From Chiloscyllium plagiosum (lineage: Eukaryota), in contig NC_057719.1 in NCBI RefSeq assembly GCF_004010195.1, positions 47,066,719-47,130,718 of the forward strand: a stretch of 64,000 bases of DNA, given 5' to 3'. Positions 25,933 through 38,479 of the stretch are shown here, piece after piece; positions within the stretch are counted from its first letter, which is position 1; each line of letters starts with the position of its first letter. Below the pieces are notes generated by a model, which searched no databases, was not told where the DNA came from, and saw only the letters and a program-made list of their open reading frames with translations. Position numbers and translations under genes: made by a program.

Positions 25933-27035
25933 AGAGTCATACAGCATGAATACAGACCCTTTGGTACAATTCGTTTGTGCTGACCAGATATCCTAAGTTA
26001 ATCTAGTCCCATTTGCCAGCACTTGTCCCATATCTCTCTAAACCCTTCCTCGTCATGCACCCATCCAGATGCCCATAAATGCTGTAATTGTACCAGCCTC
26101 CACCACTTCCTCTGGCAGCTCATTCCATACACGCACCACCATCTGCGTGAAAAAGTTGCCCCTTAGGTGCCTTTTATATCTTTCCCCTCTCAACTTAAAA
26201 CTACACCCTTTTAGGTTTGGATTCCCCCACCCCAGGGAAAAGCCCTTGGCTATTAACTCAGTCCATGCTCCTCATGACTTTATAAACCTCAGCCTCCGAC
26301 ACTCCAGGGAAAACAGTCCCAGCCTCTTCAGCCTCTCCCTATAGCTCAAACCCTCCAACCCTGGCAACATCCTTGTAAACCTTTTCTGCACCCATTCAAG
26401 TTTCAAAACATCCTTCCTATACCAGGGAGACCAGAATTGAATGCAGAATTGTATCCAGAAATGGCTTAATCAATGTCCTGTACAGCTGCAACATGACCTC
26501 CCAACTCCTGACTGAGAAAGGCCAATGTATCAAATGCCTTCTTCATTACCCAGTCCACCTCTGGTGGACCACTAATCCAGCAATTTGGAATCAAAACTGG
26601 TTTCACCTTAAAGGAACTACTCATCTGCACCCCAAGTTCTCTTTATTCAGCAACACTTCCCAGCACCCTACCATTAAGTGGATAAGTCCTGCCCTAATTT
26701 GTTTTTCCAAAATGCAGCACCTCTCATTTACCTAAATTAAACTCTATCTGCCACTCCTCAGCCCATCAGCTCAAAATCCCATTGTACACTGAGATAACCT
26801 TCTTCACTGTCCACTACATCTCCAATTTTGGTGTCATCTGCAAACTTACTGACCATTCCTCCTATATTCACATGCAAATCATTTATATAAATGATAAAAA
26901 TTAGTGGACTCAGCACTGATCCTTGTAGCACACCACTGGTTTCCAGGGGAAGAACAACCATCCACCACCACCCTCTGTTTCCGATCTTCAAGCCAGTTTT
27001 GATTCCAAATTGCTAGATCTCCATGGATTCCGTGG
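25933..27035 (-). mobile_element. CR1/HER1 LINE, 5'-truncated (RT core to 3' end)
   Basis: ORF 26758-26991 contains SGVLQGSVLSPLIFIIYINDL...SKFADDTKIG, with the RT F/YADD motif. The 3' tail is at about 25935. Confidence 0.95.
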
Positions 27036-27051
27036 AGCCGTGGATTCCATG

Positions 27052-27702
27052 GAGCCGGGACCAAGGGGGATGAGCTGGGAATTGGGACCATTGGGGATGA
27101 GCAGGGAATCGAGACCAAGGGGGATGAGCGGGGAATCGGGACCATTGGGGATGAGCTGGGCCCATTGGGGATGAGCAGGGAGCCAGGACCAAGGGGGATG
27201 AGCTGGGACCATTGGGGATGAGTGGGGAGCTGGGACCATTGGGGATGAGCTGGGACCATTGGGGATGAGCGGGGAGCTGGGACCATTGGGATTGAGCTGG
27301 GACCATTGGGGATGAGCCGGGACCATTGGGATTCTGGATTAGTGGTGCTGGAAGAGCACAGCAGTTCAGGCAGCATCCGAGGAGCAGCGAAATTGACATT
27401 TCAGGCAAAAGCCCTTCATCAGGAATGGGGTGAGCGGGGAGCTGGGATCATTGGGGATGAGCGCGGAATCGGGACCATTGGGGTTGAGCGGCGAGCCGGG
27501 ACCAAGGGGAATGAGCAGGGAATCGGGACCATTGGGGATGAGCGGGGATTTGGGACCAAGGGGATGAGCGGGGTTTTGGGGCCAAGAGGGTGAGCGGGGA
27601 TTTGGGACCAAGGGGGTGAGCAGGGATTTGGGACCAAGGGGGATGAGTGGGGATTTGGGACCAAGGGGGTGAGCGGGGATTCGGGACCAAGGGGATGAGC
27701 AG
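27052..27702. repeat. G-rich minisatellite, units of about 19 and 27 bp
   Basis: About 20 imperfect copies of GGGACCA(TT/AG)GGGGATGAGC(GGGGAATC/T). It generates the spurious Pro/Trp-rich ORFs on both strands. Confidence 0.95.
27331..27426 (-). mobile_element. Penelope-like short repeat (family A) inserted in the minisatellite
   Basis: Reverse complement is ATTCCTGATGAAGGGCTTTTGCCTGAAATGTC...CCAGCACCACTAATCCAGAAT, nearly the same extent as 60934-61029. Confidence 0.8.
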
Positions 27703-28249
27703 GAGGTATTGGTGCTTGGGCGTTCAGTCAAGTCCATCTTAATTATGAATTGATTGTGAATGCCATTTTGTTCCTTTTTGTTTCTTCTTTTCGAGCATAG
27801 GGAGTTTGAATTCTAAACCTTTCTTCTCCATTGATCTCAAAGCAAATGTTTCCTGGTGACTTCTCCCTATGATGGTGTAAGTTGGTAAAGTAGCTATAGC
27901 AAGTCATGAGGGTTGGGTAGAGAGATAATGGTCAGCCTGAACTGATGGTTTTTAATACAACTGCAGCAAAGACTGAGATCATGGAGGCCAGGCTTTCCCA
28001 TAGAGTCCTGGCTATGTCCACACTGTTTCAAGGGATTGGTGGGTCTGACTCTCATTGACATCACCCCCAGCTCAGAACATCTCAGGCACTTTCTCCCAAA
28101 GTGAATTTTCAGACCTGGAAATTTTCCCAACTCAACTCTCTGGATTCCAGGGCAAAATCTCTTTTAGCTGTTCTGATTAATTTTGTGCCTCACATTTAAA
28201 TTTGTTCATGGCTCCTTAAGACTGGTTGAAACTCTGATGTTTCCAGCAT

Positions 28250-28850
28250 TTCCTGCATTTAGAAAGCAATAAATCTTCTATTAACTCAAAAGCAGAAGAA
28301 TTCATACTTGACAATACTGAGACTTTTTGCGCAATCACTTAATATCTTTACAATTTTTATATTTCCATTTCACTGTTTACAATGCCTCTGCTGGTGGTTA
28401 TCCATGTATCTTGAACTGTGAGCACTATTTATTTATCTATCATTCTTCATTTAATTCATTAACAGATATGATGAAGAGTTAATATCCCAAAACAGATCCC
28501 TTTTGGGCACCAAATCTTGCCAAATACAGTACACCACCATTATCTTGATTCTCGGCCTCATTATGCTCACTGACAATCTCCTAATCAGGCCAATAAATTG
28601 TCCTCAACTCCCTATTATGTTAGTTAACAGCCAATTACTTTATTGAATATCTTCTGGAAGCGCATAAAGCAAACGTCAAGAGTCATTCTCCTTAAAGATA
28701 CTAACTGTCTCTTCAAAAGAACAAGCAGAATCTATACTCTACAAATCCACACTGGAGCTCTTGCTGGTCAGCTCAGATTACTGGTCAATTCCTCTTTCCA
28801 AATGTAGGAAATGTCAATTTTACCTTTTTGTTTGTTGTTTTTAAGCCAAG
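28250..28850 (-). mobile_element. Ancient LINE RT remnant
   Basis: Reverse complement of 28455-28512 translates GAQKGSVLGY*LFIISVNE, resembling GVPQGSVLGPLLFxIYIND. Confidence 0.55.
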
Positions 28851-30554
28851 GGAGTTTGACTGGAACCATTCCATAGCTTTGTCCTCCAAAGGTAAATGAT
28901 ATGTAGTGAAACATGGATGGATTTCCCTGTGATCCCATCCCAAACTGGAATGGGACACAATGGAAAAAGTGGAAAACAGGTCCTGTCCCTCCCTTTGTAA
29001 ATTGTGTCCATCATAAAGCTACCTCAAGGTCAGCAATCCATCCTACTATTCAGTTACACCTAATAGATCAAAAATCTTAAAAAACCAACATTTAATTCTT
29101 AGTGAAATTCCTGGATCTCTTTTGTGATGCTGGTTTTGATGTTCATACTCAATCCATGAGCTAATACTTTCCATTTCATTACTTCTGGAATACTTTTATG
29201 ATGAGAAATCAAATAAAAAAACTCTATGCTGTGTTCTGGGAAATCCACATTGGGTAACTTATTAAGCGCGTGGCTGTCCCGCCTGTGGATACTTGACAAT
29301 CCCATGGGCTCCATCTGTTTCTTGCCTAAGGTCTCATGTGAGTTCTAACATTTGGGTCATAAACTGTCCACATGCTGTCATTGCTATTGTCAAAATCGAA
29401 TTCATGACCCTGAGCAGTGCAAACAAAACACTGAGAAGTGCAATTTTGTAGATAATGTGGAAACTATTTGGGCACTAAATCCAAGTGCTGTTTTACAAGA
29501 GGGCTCTGTAACATGAAGTAGTTTGTCCTGGTGAATGTGCATAACACCCAGGTAAACTCTAACTTCTTTAATGTACTCTGCTATTCTGGGACGAGTTATT
29601 TACAGAAAATAGATTTGTAGCTTGAAGCCATATCACTGCAATTCAGGGCTGATAAAGGCAATTGTTTAAAAAAAAAAGAATTTGTACACTGCTGGTGAGA
29701 AAAAAATCAAGATTCAAATACCCAAACAAGAAAAAAAATCCAAATTATAGAGGAATATCATGGATTGAATTGCAAAGGTTGCAAGCTAAAATTAAATAAT
29801 TGTCAGCTGCCATAATGAAAATGTGCACCACAGGAAGATTTTGGAATCATGGGTCAGTCCTTGCCTTTCTCATCTTTGATAACACTATAAAAACAGAAAT
29901 GGTCCCACTGAATACTAACATGAATTTTATGTTACTTTTTAAAACTTCCACTAACACAATTATAATGCAATACCTGTATAATGAATATTATTTATTCATT
30001 TGCAAACCACTAGCTATAAAAGTGTAAAATATATGTCACCACAGGCTGCTTGTTTCATACATTTAAAACATGGTCCCTTTTCAGATTTCCAGTGGACAGA
30101 TAGGTAAAAATTTAAATTTTCTTTACCCTGAGATTTTGCAGTTAAATCATTCTAAAATCGGTAACTTTGTTGTAGGCTGTTGGCTAAATTCAATATCTCT
30201 TTTGCAGATTTAAACAGGAAAGACCAGGCTGAAGTATTTGCAGCCATTGTCAGCCAGGAGTGAGGAGGAGCTGATTCAGCTTAGCTTTTTCCTGAGGTCC
30301 TCAGCATTACAGACGCAAGTCTGCAGTAACATCAATTTCCTCCACATATCATGCAGTAGCTGAAAGTGCTTATACGGCAAAGGCTATGGGCCTACATGAC
30401 ATTCTGCCAATACTGCTGAAATGTTTGACTGATTTATGGCATCAAGGAACCTCAGCAAAACTATAGTCAATGAGGGTCAGAGGAAATCTCTCTGCTAATT
30501 GGAACCATACTTAGCACAAAAGAAGAATCACAGAAAATAACAGACACATATACA

Positions 30555-30655
30555 GTAATCACAGAAAATGCTGGAGACACTCAGCAGGTCTGGCAGCATT
30601 GGTGGAGAGAGAAACACAGTTGATGGTTCAATGCCAACATGACTCCTCTTCAGAG
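30555..30655 (-). mobile_element. Old Penelope-like repeat (family C)
   Basis: ACAGAAAATGCTGGAGACACTCAGCAGGTCTGGCAGCAT...CTCTTCAG; the reverse complement starts CTGAAGAG. Confidence 0.6.
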
Positions 30656-31237
30656 AGAATCTAGTCATCTGCTCATGACATTCAATGGCATTACCATTTG
30701 CTGAATCCCCCACTATCCACATTCTTGAGGGGGCTTACCATTGATCCAAAACTGAAATGGAATATTCATATAAATACTGTGGCTACAGTAGTAGATCAAA
30801 GGGTAGGAATCCTGTGGTGACTGACTTACATACTGTCTACTCACAAACTTGCACTATCTACAAGGAACACGTCAGGAGAGTGATGCTTGAACAGATACAG
30901 TTCCAACAATGCTCAAGATGCTCAACATCATCCAAATTAAAACAGCATGCTCAATTAGCATTGCAGCCAGCATCTTCTACAATACTCCCTCCAGCACGGG
31001 GGCAGCTCTATGTGGTACCATTTACAAGATGCACTGCAGCAACTCACTAAAGCTTCTTTAACAGTACCTTCCAAACTCTCAAGGTCTGCCACCTAGAAGT
31101 ACAAGGGCAGTGTGTCTGTGAACAAGTCGTTCTCCAAGTCACACACCACCCTGATCTGGCAGTATATAGTCATTCTTTCCCAATTGCTGATCAAATTTCT
31201 GGCGGTCCCTTCCTTATAGCACTGTAGGTTTACCTAC

Positions 31238-31785
31238 TGCAGCTGTACAAAACTCTGGTGCGGCCACATTTGGAGTATTGTGTACAGTTCTGGTCACCAC
31301 ATTATAGGATGGATGTGGAAGCTTTGGAAAGGGTTCAGAGGAGATTTACTAGGATGTTACCTGGTGTGGAGGGAAGGTCTAATGAGGAAAGGCTGAGGGA
31401 CATTTTTCATTTGAGAAAGAAGGTTGAGAGGTGACTTTTTGCGACATATAAGATAATCAGAGGGTTAGATAGGTTGGACATTGAGAGCCTTTTTCCTTGG
31501 ATGGCAATGGCTAGCACAAGGGGACATCGCTTCAAATTGAGGGATGATAGATATTGGATAGATGTCAGAACTAGCTTCTTTATCCAGAGAATAGTAGGGT
31601 TGTGGAATGCAGTGCCTGCAGCAGTAGTAGACTCGCCAAATTTAAGGGCATTTAAATGGTCATTGGATAGGCATATGGACGAGAACAGAATAGTGTAGGT
31701 TAGATGGGCTTCAGATTGACTTAATAGGTCGGCGCAACATCGAGAGCAAAAGGACTGCACTGCGCTGTAATGTTCTATGTTCTAC
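31238..31785 (+). mobile_element. CR1 LINE 3' fragment
   Basis: LYKTLVRPHLEYCVQFWSPHYRMDVEALERVQRRFTRMLPG, followed by a (TTCTATG) tail. Confidence 0.95.
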
Positions 31786-32949
31786 TCCCCACAGACTTTG
31801 GTAGTTAATGAAAGGCAGCTCACAACCAACTTTTCCAGGATTAGGGATGGACAATAAATGGTGGTCTAACCAACATTACCCATATTCTGTGAATAAATTT
31901 TAAAAAAACAAAATAAACACATTCAAGACAAAGAGTACAGATGAAGAAAATGGTGCATTGTAAAGTTTTAAACAAAGAATAGTTTGTAATTTATATTTTG
32001 GCACATCCAGGAAGAAAACATACATTGAAGGCCCAGTGAAGAAAGTGTTTCATTATTGAAGAGTAGTCTAGGCAAATTCAATGACTAGAATTGTATATCA
32101 GAATTATTCTAGGACAGGGTAGTCTTGTTGCTGCAGCCTCTGTGGTGTTGCTGAGTATGAGAATGGCTCACCTCTGATTGACTGAGAGCTTTTACTGGGC
32201 AGGATGCCCACTCCTGTGGCCTTGGTTCCAAGTGAAGATTTGCTAATGTCCTCGCCACTGCCTAAATGGTGTGTGGCTTTGTGGGCCTTCCTTGAAAGAG
32301 GTAATGCAGGTCTCTTACAGAGTCTCCAGATTCTACTCCAAGAATTTGTCGATTTTGACTTTTGGTTAAGTCCATATACAACAGAAGGTGTGAATTCCAC
32401 AGATGACTTTCATCTTTACTTGTCCATTCAAGGAGTATATTACCCATGGGTAATCAACTGAGAACTTTCCAAAAACCTCAGATAGTTTGAGCATGAATTG
32501 TAAAAGTCATCTGATGCAAGCATGTTAATAGCCATTTGGTGCCCATTTTTGAAAGAAGCCAATTCCAGAACATTCTATGCTTATTAAAGTCCATTTTAAA
32601 GTTATGAATATTGTTGAGATGACCCTCTGAGATGTGCTGCAATGTGAAAGATGCTCTTAGAAGGCTGGAACTAGAGTTGCTCATGAAAGAACTAATGCAA
32701 GATCATCTATATCGTGTGAATAAATACTGTTCGAAGAAACACCTGATGCTTAGCCTCAGCGAATTCCTACAAACAAATTCATATTAAAATATGCTGGCAT
32801 CAACGGAGCTAGAATAAATGGTGCTTTCCTCTGAAGAATCATGAGGTGAGAATCCTGGTAGGAGTAAATCACTTTGTCCCTGAGCCTCTTCCAGTATTCA
32901 ACAAGGGGGTTATGGCTAATCTAATACCCCACGTTTTCACTGACCTGGA

Positions 32950-33205
32950 TAACCTTCTTCAATCAGAGGACAGTGAACCTGTGGGATTCCCTGCCACACA
33001 TGGCTGTGGAGGCCAAGGCACTGAATTTATTTAAGAAATAAATAGAGATCCCTAGACACTAAAGATGTCTGGGGGTATAGGGAGGGAGCAGGAGTACAGT
33101 GTTGAGATATAGCAGCAGCCATGACCAGGTTGAATGTTGGAATAGGCCTGATGGGCTGAATGGCCCACCTCTGCTCCTATTTTATATTTTTCTCTGTTTC
33201 TATGA
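32950..33205 (+). mobile_element. CR1 LINE 3' end
   Basis: GTGAACCTGTGGGATTC...GGGCTGAATGGCCCACCTCTGCTCCTATTTT tail. Confidence 0.75.
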
Positions 33206-33284
33206 CCCTGCCTCTTCTGCAGCCCCTCAAAGCAACTGAATGACCAATACAGATGAAAAGATAGAGTAATGGAAAATATGCTCA

Positions 33285-33995
33285 GGACCATGAGACTACA
33301 ACATGTAGGAGCAGATGGAGGCCTTTCAGCCCATCCAGCTTGCCATACCATTCAATGAGATCATGGCTGACCTTATAATCTTCACCTCCATTTTCCTGCG
33401 TTTTCCCTAGAATGCTTGATTCCCTTATTGAATAGCAATCTGTCTATCTCAGCCTTGAATATACTTAACAGTCCAGTTTCAATAGCCCTCTGCAGAAAAG
33501 AATTCCAATGTTTCAGTATCCTCTGAGAGAAGACATTTCTCCTCATCTGTATCTTAAATGTATGACCCATTATTTTGAGATTATGCCCTCTGATCCCAAA
33601 TACTCTCACAAAAGAGAAACAACTTTCCCATATCTACCTTGTTAAGTCCATTAAGAATTGCACAGTGGCTCAGTGGTTAGCACTGCTGCCTCACAGCATC
33701 AGGGTCCCAGGTTTGATTCCAGCCTCGGGCGACTGTCTGTGTGGAGTTTGCACATTCTCCCCGTGTCTGTGTGGGTTTCCTCTCATAGTCCAAAGATGTG
33801 CAGGTCAGGTGAATTGACTGTGCTAAAAAGCCCATGGTATTAGGTGCATTAGTGAGAGGGAAATGGGACTGGGTGAGTTACTCTTTGGAGGGCCAGTGTG
33901 GACTTGTTGGGCCAAAGGGCCTATCCCCACACTGTAGGGAATCTAATCAATAAAAGTTGACTCTCATTCTTCTATATTCCAATGAGTACAGGCAA
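33285..33995 (-). mobile_element. CR1 LINE 3' fragment interrupted by a SINE
   Basis: ORF 33382-33609 IRGHNLKIMGHTFKIQMRRNVFSQRILKHWNSF is the CR1 C-terminus. Confidence 0.85.
33660..33948 (+). mobile_element. HE1-type SINE
   Basis: GCACAGTGGCTCAGTGGTTAGC...CACACTGTAGGGAATCTAATC. Confidence 0.95.
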
Positions 33996-34039
33996 GTACA
34001 AGTCTAAATCATTGACTTTACTGCAAAAGTCTGTATCAG

Positions 34040-34990
34040 GATCATTGGTCAATCAATTCAAAAATCAAGAAGCTTAATATTAACTTTCATCTTGACTCGG
34101 GGCAGCCATTACTGTATCGGTTGACACCATAGAATGGCTTGACGCCATCCACCTTCAACTATCAGAGATCAGGATCCCAGGGTTTTGGAAGCAACTAGTT
34201 AAAGGCCAGTTTTTGGACACACGTATCTATGCTGATCAAGTTATTATTGAGCCTATTTATGCAGAATCAGAACAGATCCTTGTTGAGTTGGCAGGCTTAT
34301 ATATAAAACTAGGTATTTTACAGGTTGTACAAGACAATCTATGCCAAGCTAATGACCACATTTAATTTTGTAAGAAATTGTCTCTGTCTCTGCAATAAAT
34401 GCAAACTTTCACACCAAGAAAACTGAGAACATTTTTTCCCCAGATCGAACTTGACATTTCCAAAGAACGGAAGCTTCATACGTGAACTTTGGATGATCTT
34501 CAATCAAAGTGCCCAAGCATTTCCACATGTTTGATCAGCCTTGTGATGCATCTTATCCTGTTGCATTTGAAGAGGGTGAACCTGCATTTTTAGATGGTCT
34601 CAGACAGGAGAAAGACCCAGTGAGTGAATGAGAGAAGATGGCACCATCAGGCCCAGTCTCAGCATTTCACCAAGATTATAATGCAGTGTGTGACTTCTAG
34701 TTATTGATGCAATTCACTTAGATCCCTCTGATTTTCTTCCTGAGCTGGATGTGTAAACTATCCTCAGAGTAATGCCAGTTCATGTGCCAAATATTGTTAA
34801 CAAAGTATCACCAAATGCAGTTACTGAGGACATGCTGGACATTTCAATAATCTCAACTGTACAGGGCAGTGACAATAATCTTCCAACCATCAACAGCCAG
34901 ATTAAGCTTGATGAGATCTCACAGACTTCACAAGATCAAAGAGTATAACAAACTCTATAAAGGCAGGAAGGTCCCTTTGAAAAACTGACA
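34040..34990 (+). mobile_element. Gypsy-like LTR retrotransposon remnant (aspartic protease plus probable pol C-terminus)
   Basis: INFHLDSG[frameshift]AAITV...VKGQFLDTRIYADQVIIEPIY...QNRSLLSWQAYIKLGIL carries the D(S/T)GA retropepsin motif. Assignment of 34350-34990 is weaker. Confidence 0.6.
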
Positions 34991-35812
34991 CACCAGAATG
35001 ACAGTCTACATTTCCATGAAAACCCACACCTTACTTAAATTTCTAGAGGTACTGTTACAAATAACAGCATTTGAAGACAAATCCATTTTATAATCTTTCT
35101 TGCCCTGAATGGTTTCCAGCAAACACAGGCCTAATCCCAATGATCCTCATAACAAATCTGTGCATGGGACAATGTCCACAAAAGTATTTATTTTGAATTT
35201 GCAGTACTTGTACAAATCTCCTGAATACTTAATTCCAATACTCTATGTTCTCTCAAATATTTCACTCATCTCTTCATCCTACACTTGATAAAACCACACA
35301 AGAATCTCAAAATATCATAATACAATTATACCGCTTAGGAAGAGAAATATTGAAACCTAACAGCTATTATTCAAGATTGAAACTTTACCATTCAGCTATG
35401 TTTACTTGCCAAATGATCCTTTCATAGATGATACGATGAAAATGTAGTACAAGATGAGACCAACTAAGGTCTAGACAAAAAGTATTGGTATCATTTCTAT
35501 AATTACTGACCAGTCTTGATCCTCAGGCAACCTTCAAGAGGCAATCATTCCTTTCAATATCAGTCCCATTTCAGCTGTTTGATTCGTCATCTCCTCACAG
35601 ATTATCTGTGCCAACAAGAACAGGCATAATTGCAAGGCTGATTAAGTAAACTTTCAGGTGAGAGGATAGTGGCAATAATGTTAAGAAAATATTTTCAATA
35701 AATAATGTTAGAAGCGAAGAATGTACTTGGTGGGGGAAGAAATAGGTAAGTGTTAGGGAATATTTGGATGAGTTTCTGAGGTAAACTGTGATGCAACTGT
35801 GATCTCTGTAGT

Positions 35813-36127
35813 TTAGATTAGATTACTTACAGTGTAGAAACAGGCCCTTCAGCCCAACAAGTCCACACCGACCTGCCGAGGCGCAAATCACCCAGACCCA
35901 TTCCCCTACACTTACCCTTTCACCTAACACTACGGGCAATTTAGCCTCGCCAATTCACCTAACCTGCACATTTTTGGATTGTGGGAGGAAACCGGAGCAC
36001 CCGGAGGAAACCCACACAGACACAGGGAGAATGTGCAAACTCCACGCAGAGAGTCACCTGAGGCAGGAATTGAACCCGGGTCTCTGACGCTGTGAGGAAG
36101 TAGTGCTCACCACTGTGCCACCATGCC
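35813..36127 (-). mobile_element. HE1-type SINE
   Basis: Full head, central domain and (AATCT) tail in reverse. A possible 5-bp TSD GTAGT lies at 35808-35812 and 36128-36132. Confidence 0.95.
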
Positions 36128-37849
36128 GTAGTCTTTTGAAAGAGACTCTGCTAGAGGGTTGGAACTGGAGTAGTTTAGGGCAGAGATGCCTACAGCAAGA
36201 TCATCATGTATAAAATGTTAATAAATATTGTTTGAAGAAACGCCCTGAGCTTATCTGTTGAACAAATCCAAAGTAAAACAAATTTGACATACCTTTAGTG
36301 GGCTTGGCTAGGTACTCATGCTGTTTATCCCACAACTTCATTCAATTTTCCTGCCATACGGCTTACAACAAAATTCTCTCTAAAATCAAGTGAATTTTAA
36401 ACATAAAGCCACATTTAATACACATGGCTTATTTAATGGATTATATTCATGTTATTGTGAAAGATGGTTAATTAAAAGTTGGGAACCATGTCACAATCTC
36501 ACATTTTCCAACAGCTGACCTATCACAGCACAGCGAGTGTTCTTGAAGGAAGCAAGCAATTAAGCTGCACAAATAGTGAGCTCATTGAACTGCAACTGAC
36601 TTTTATCATGTCAGAGACCATCTGAACACAGAAGCAATAAAAAGATTGTTGCCATGACCACCACTGAGAACTAACTGCAATAAAGATGGATTACTTCCTA
36701 AATGAATGTTACTGATTCTATGTATCTAGTTGTTATAAAAGATAACTGTGACATAAGTGTAGCATCAAAATGAAATATTTTAGTGCCTCTTTGACGATGA
36801 GAAATATATTTGAAGTTTAATTCTCATTATTTCCTCCCCTAAGAGATTAATGATGGGTTTATCTTACAAAACAGTTCTGTAATCCTTTTGGCTGTCAGTG
36901 TTGTGTAATGTAACCCATTTACTGAAAGTTATGGAGAAGATGCAACAACACCACAGCAACAATGATTGAAATGTTACTACCAGCAGGAAATGCCAATGTC
37001 GCTTGCCAAAGCAGCATGACTCAATGGGCAAGCTGTGCCATAGGAAGTGATTCTTTCCATAACCCACAGAAGAAATGGTTGCCCCCACTTGGACTACATC
37101 CCCTGCCTCTTGCTCACCTCATCAGGAATGTATCTACATGGCCTTGGCAAGCCTGCACCAAGTGTCTGCTTCTATAGCTTCCGTCACTGGCTTGGTCTGG
37201 GGGCTGACTGCAGTGCCAATATTGGCCACTGCATTGGTGGTGCTGCTGGTATTGTAGAACTACCAATCTTCTGATTGGCTGGAAGCACTTGGAGGCTTGA
37301 CACCTTGCCTTATGGAAGTAGAAGCTACACCCGCAGGAAACTAATTGCTTGACCAGAAGGCAAAACCAGGGAAACTTGCAAATGACACATTCTGTTGCAA
37401 ATTATCTTGTACACCTCAAAATGGAGCTCAACCTGTGACTATTTCTAGGTATTATTAACATTTTTTTACTGGTTATCCCCTCTAGGTGAACCTTACAAAC
37501 CAGCATCATGACTTCCAGGGCCAGACAACAGTCCTGCTTTAAATCCCGCATCCACTTCTCCGACTCTGACTTTGTGTATCTCCTTCCTGTCTTCAGTATT
37601 TTTAGCTATGAATTCAGTTGTCTCATCTCCATACAATAGAATTTCTTCCCTGAATCTCGCTCTATTTGTTCACCTTTCTTGTCTTTTTAATATCCTCTAT
37701 GAGGTAGACCTCTATACGTGTGATTTTGATCGTACTATTTTCAAACATTGTCCTTATTGACCCAGCATCCATATTTCCTTATGCTTCTGTAAGGCTTTTT
37801 GGAAGCTCTCTCAAGCAACCCACTTGATTGGCACCACATCCGAAGACCT

Positions 37850-38135
37850 ACATTCCCTCCAGTTCAATCTCACCAGAAGTAGTGCATACCATCCACAAGA
37901 TGCACTGCAGAAATTCACCTCGGCTTCTGAGACAGCACCTTCTAAACTCAAGACCACTAGCATTCAAAAGGACATTGGCAGCAGGCATATGAGAACACCA
38001 CCACCTGCAAGTCCCCCTCCAAGCCACTTGTCACTGGGTCTAAACTTTGGAACTCCCTAATAGGTCTACGTACAACACATGGACTGCTGGGGTGCCAGGA
38101 GGCAACTCATCAGCACTTCTCTAGGGCACTAGGGA
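37850..38135 (+). mobile_element. L2-clade LINE 3' end
   Basis: ACCATCCACAAGATGCACTGCAGAAATTCACC...CACCACCACCTGCAAGTCCCCCTCCAAGCCAC...TAGGGATGGGATAAATACTGGCCCAGCCAGC, homologous to 31015-31230 and 31790-31900. Confidence 0.75.
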
Positions 38136-38479
38136 TGGGATAAATACTGGCCCAGCCAGCAATGCACACGTCCCATTAATGCACAAAAATAAAAGTTTTC
38201 AACATTTAAAAGGTACCATCCAAACACAAGCTGTTGTGACACCTTTCAATTCCTAGGCTTACTTCCTGTCCTGATTGACAGATTTAAAAGCCATTCTTTC
38301 TACCATCTTTGACATGAAATGAATCACAAGTTATTTCATGCAAATTGACCAGATTTCATCACTGACACTTAATTTTATCATTTAGGTAACCCATAAGCTC
38401 TTCAAAAAGAACAACAAGAAAGGAACATATTGCATATTAAAGTGAGCAATTCCAGTATCTTAGCAACTGTTTGTTTTTA

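Larger units (their letters stand above)
30215..31900 (+). mobile_element. Decayed L2/CR1-clade LINE (linker-RT fragments to 3' end) with nested insertions
   Basis: KDQAEVFAAIVSQE...PEVLSITDASLQ...AKAMGLHDI (30220-30410) and TIYKEHVRRVM (about 30855). It ends with TTAGGGATGGACAATAAATG (31841), the same tail as the second SINE family. Confidence 0.7.

Noticed and set aside
27052..27702. Possible CRISPR-like array
   Set aside because: Units are contiguous with no unique spacers, no cas genes are present, and the context is vertebrate.
26879..27737. Cluster of long overlapping ORFs (up to 165 aa, Pro/Trp/Ser-rich)
   Set aside because: These are translations of a stop-poor minisatellite, open in several frames on both strands, with no splice or domain support.
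32439..32454. Perfect 16-bp palindrome ATTACCCATGGGTAAT
   Set aside because: About one 8-bp-arm palindrome is expected by chance in 64 kb (64000/4^8).
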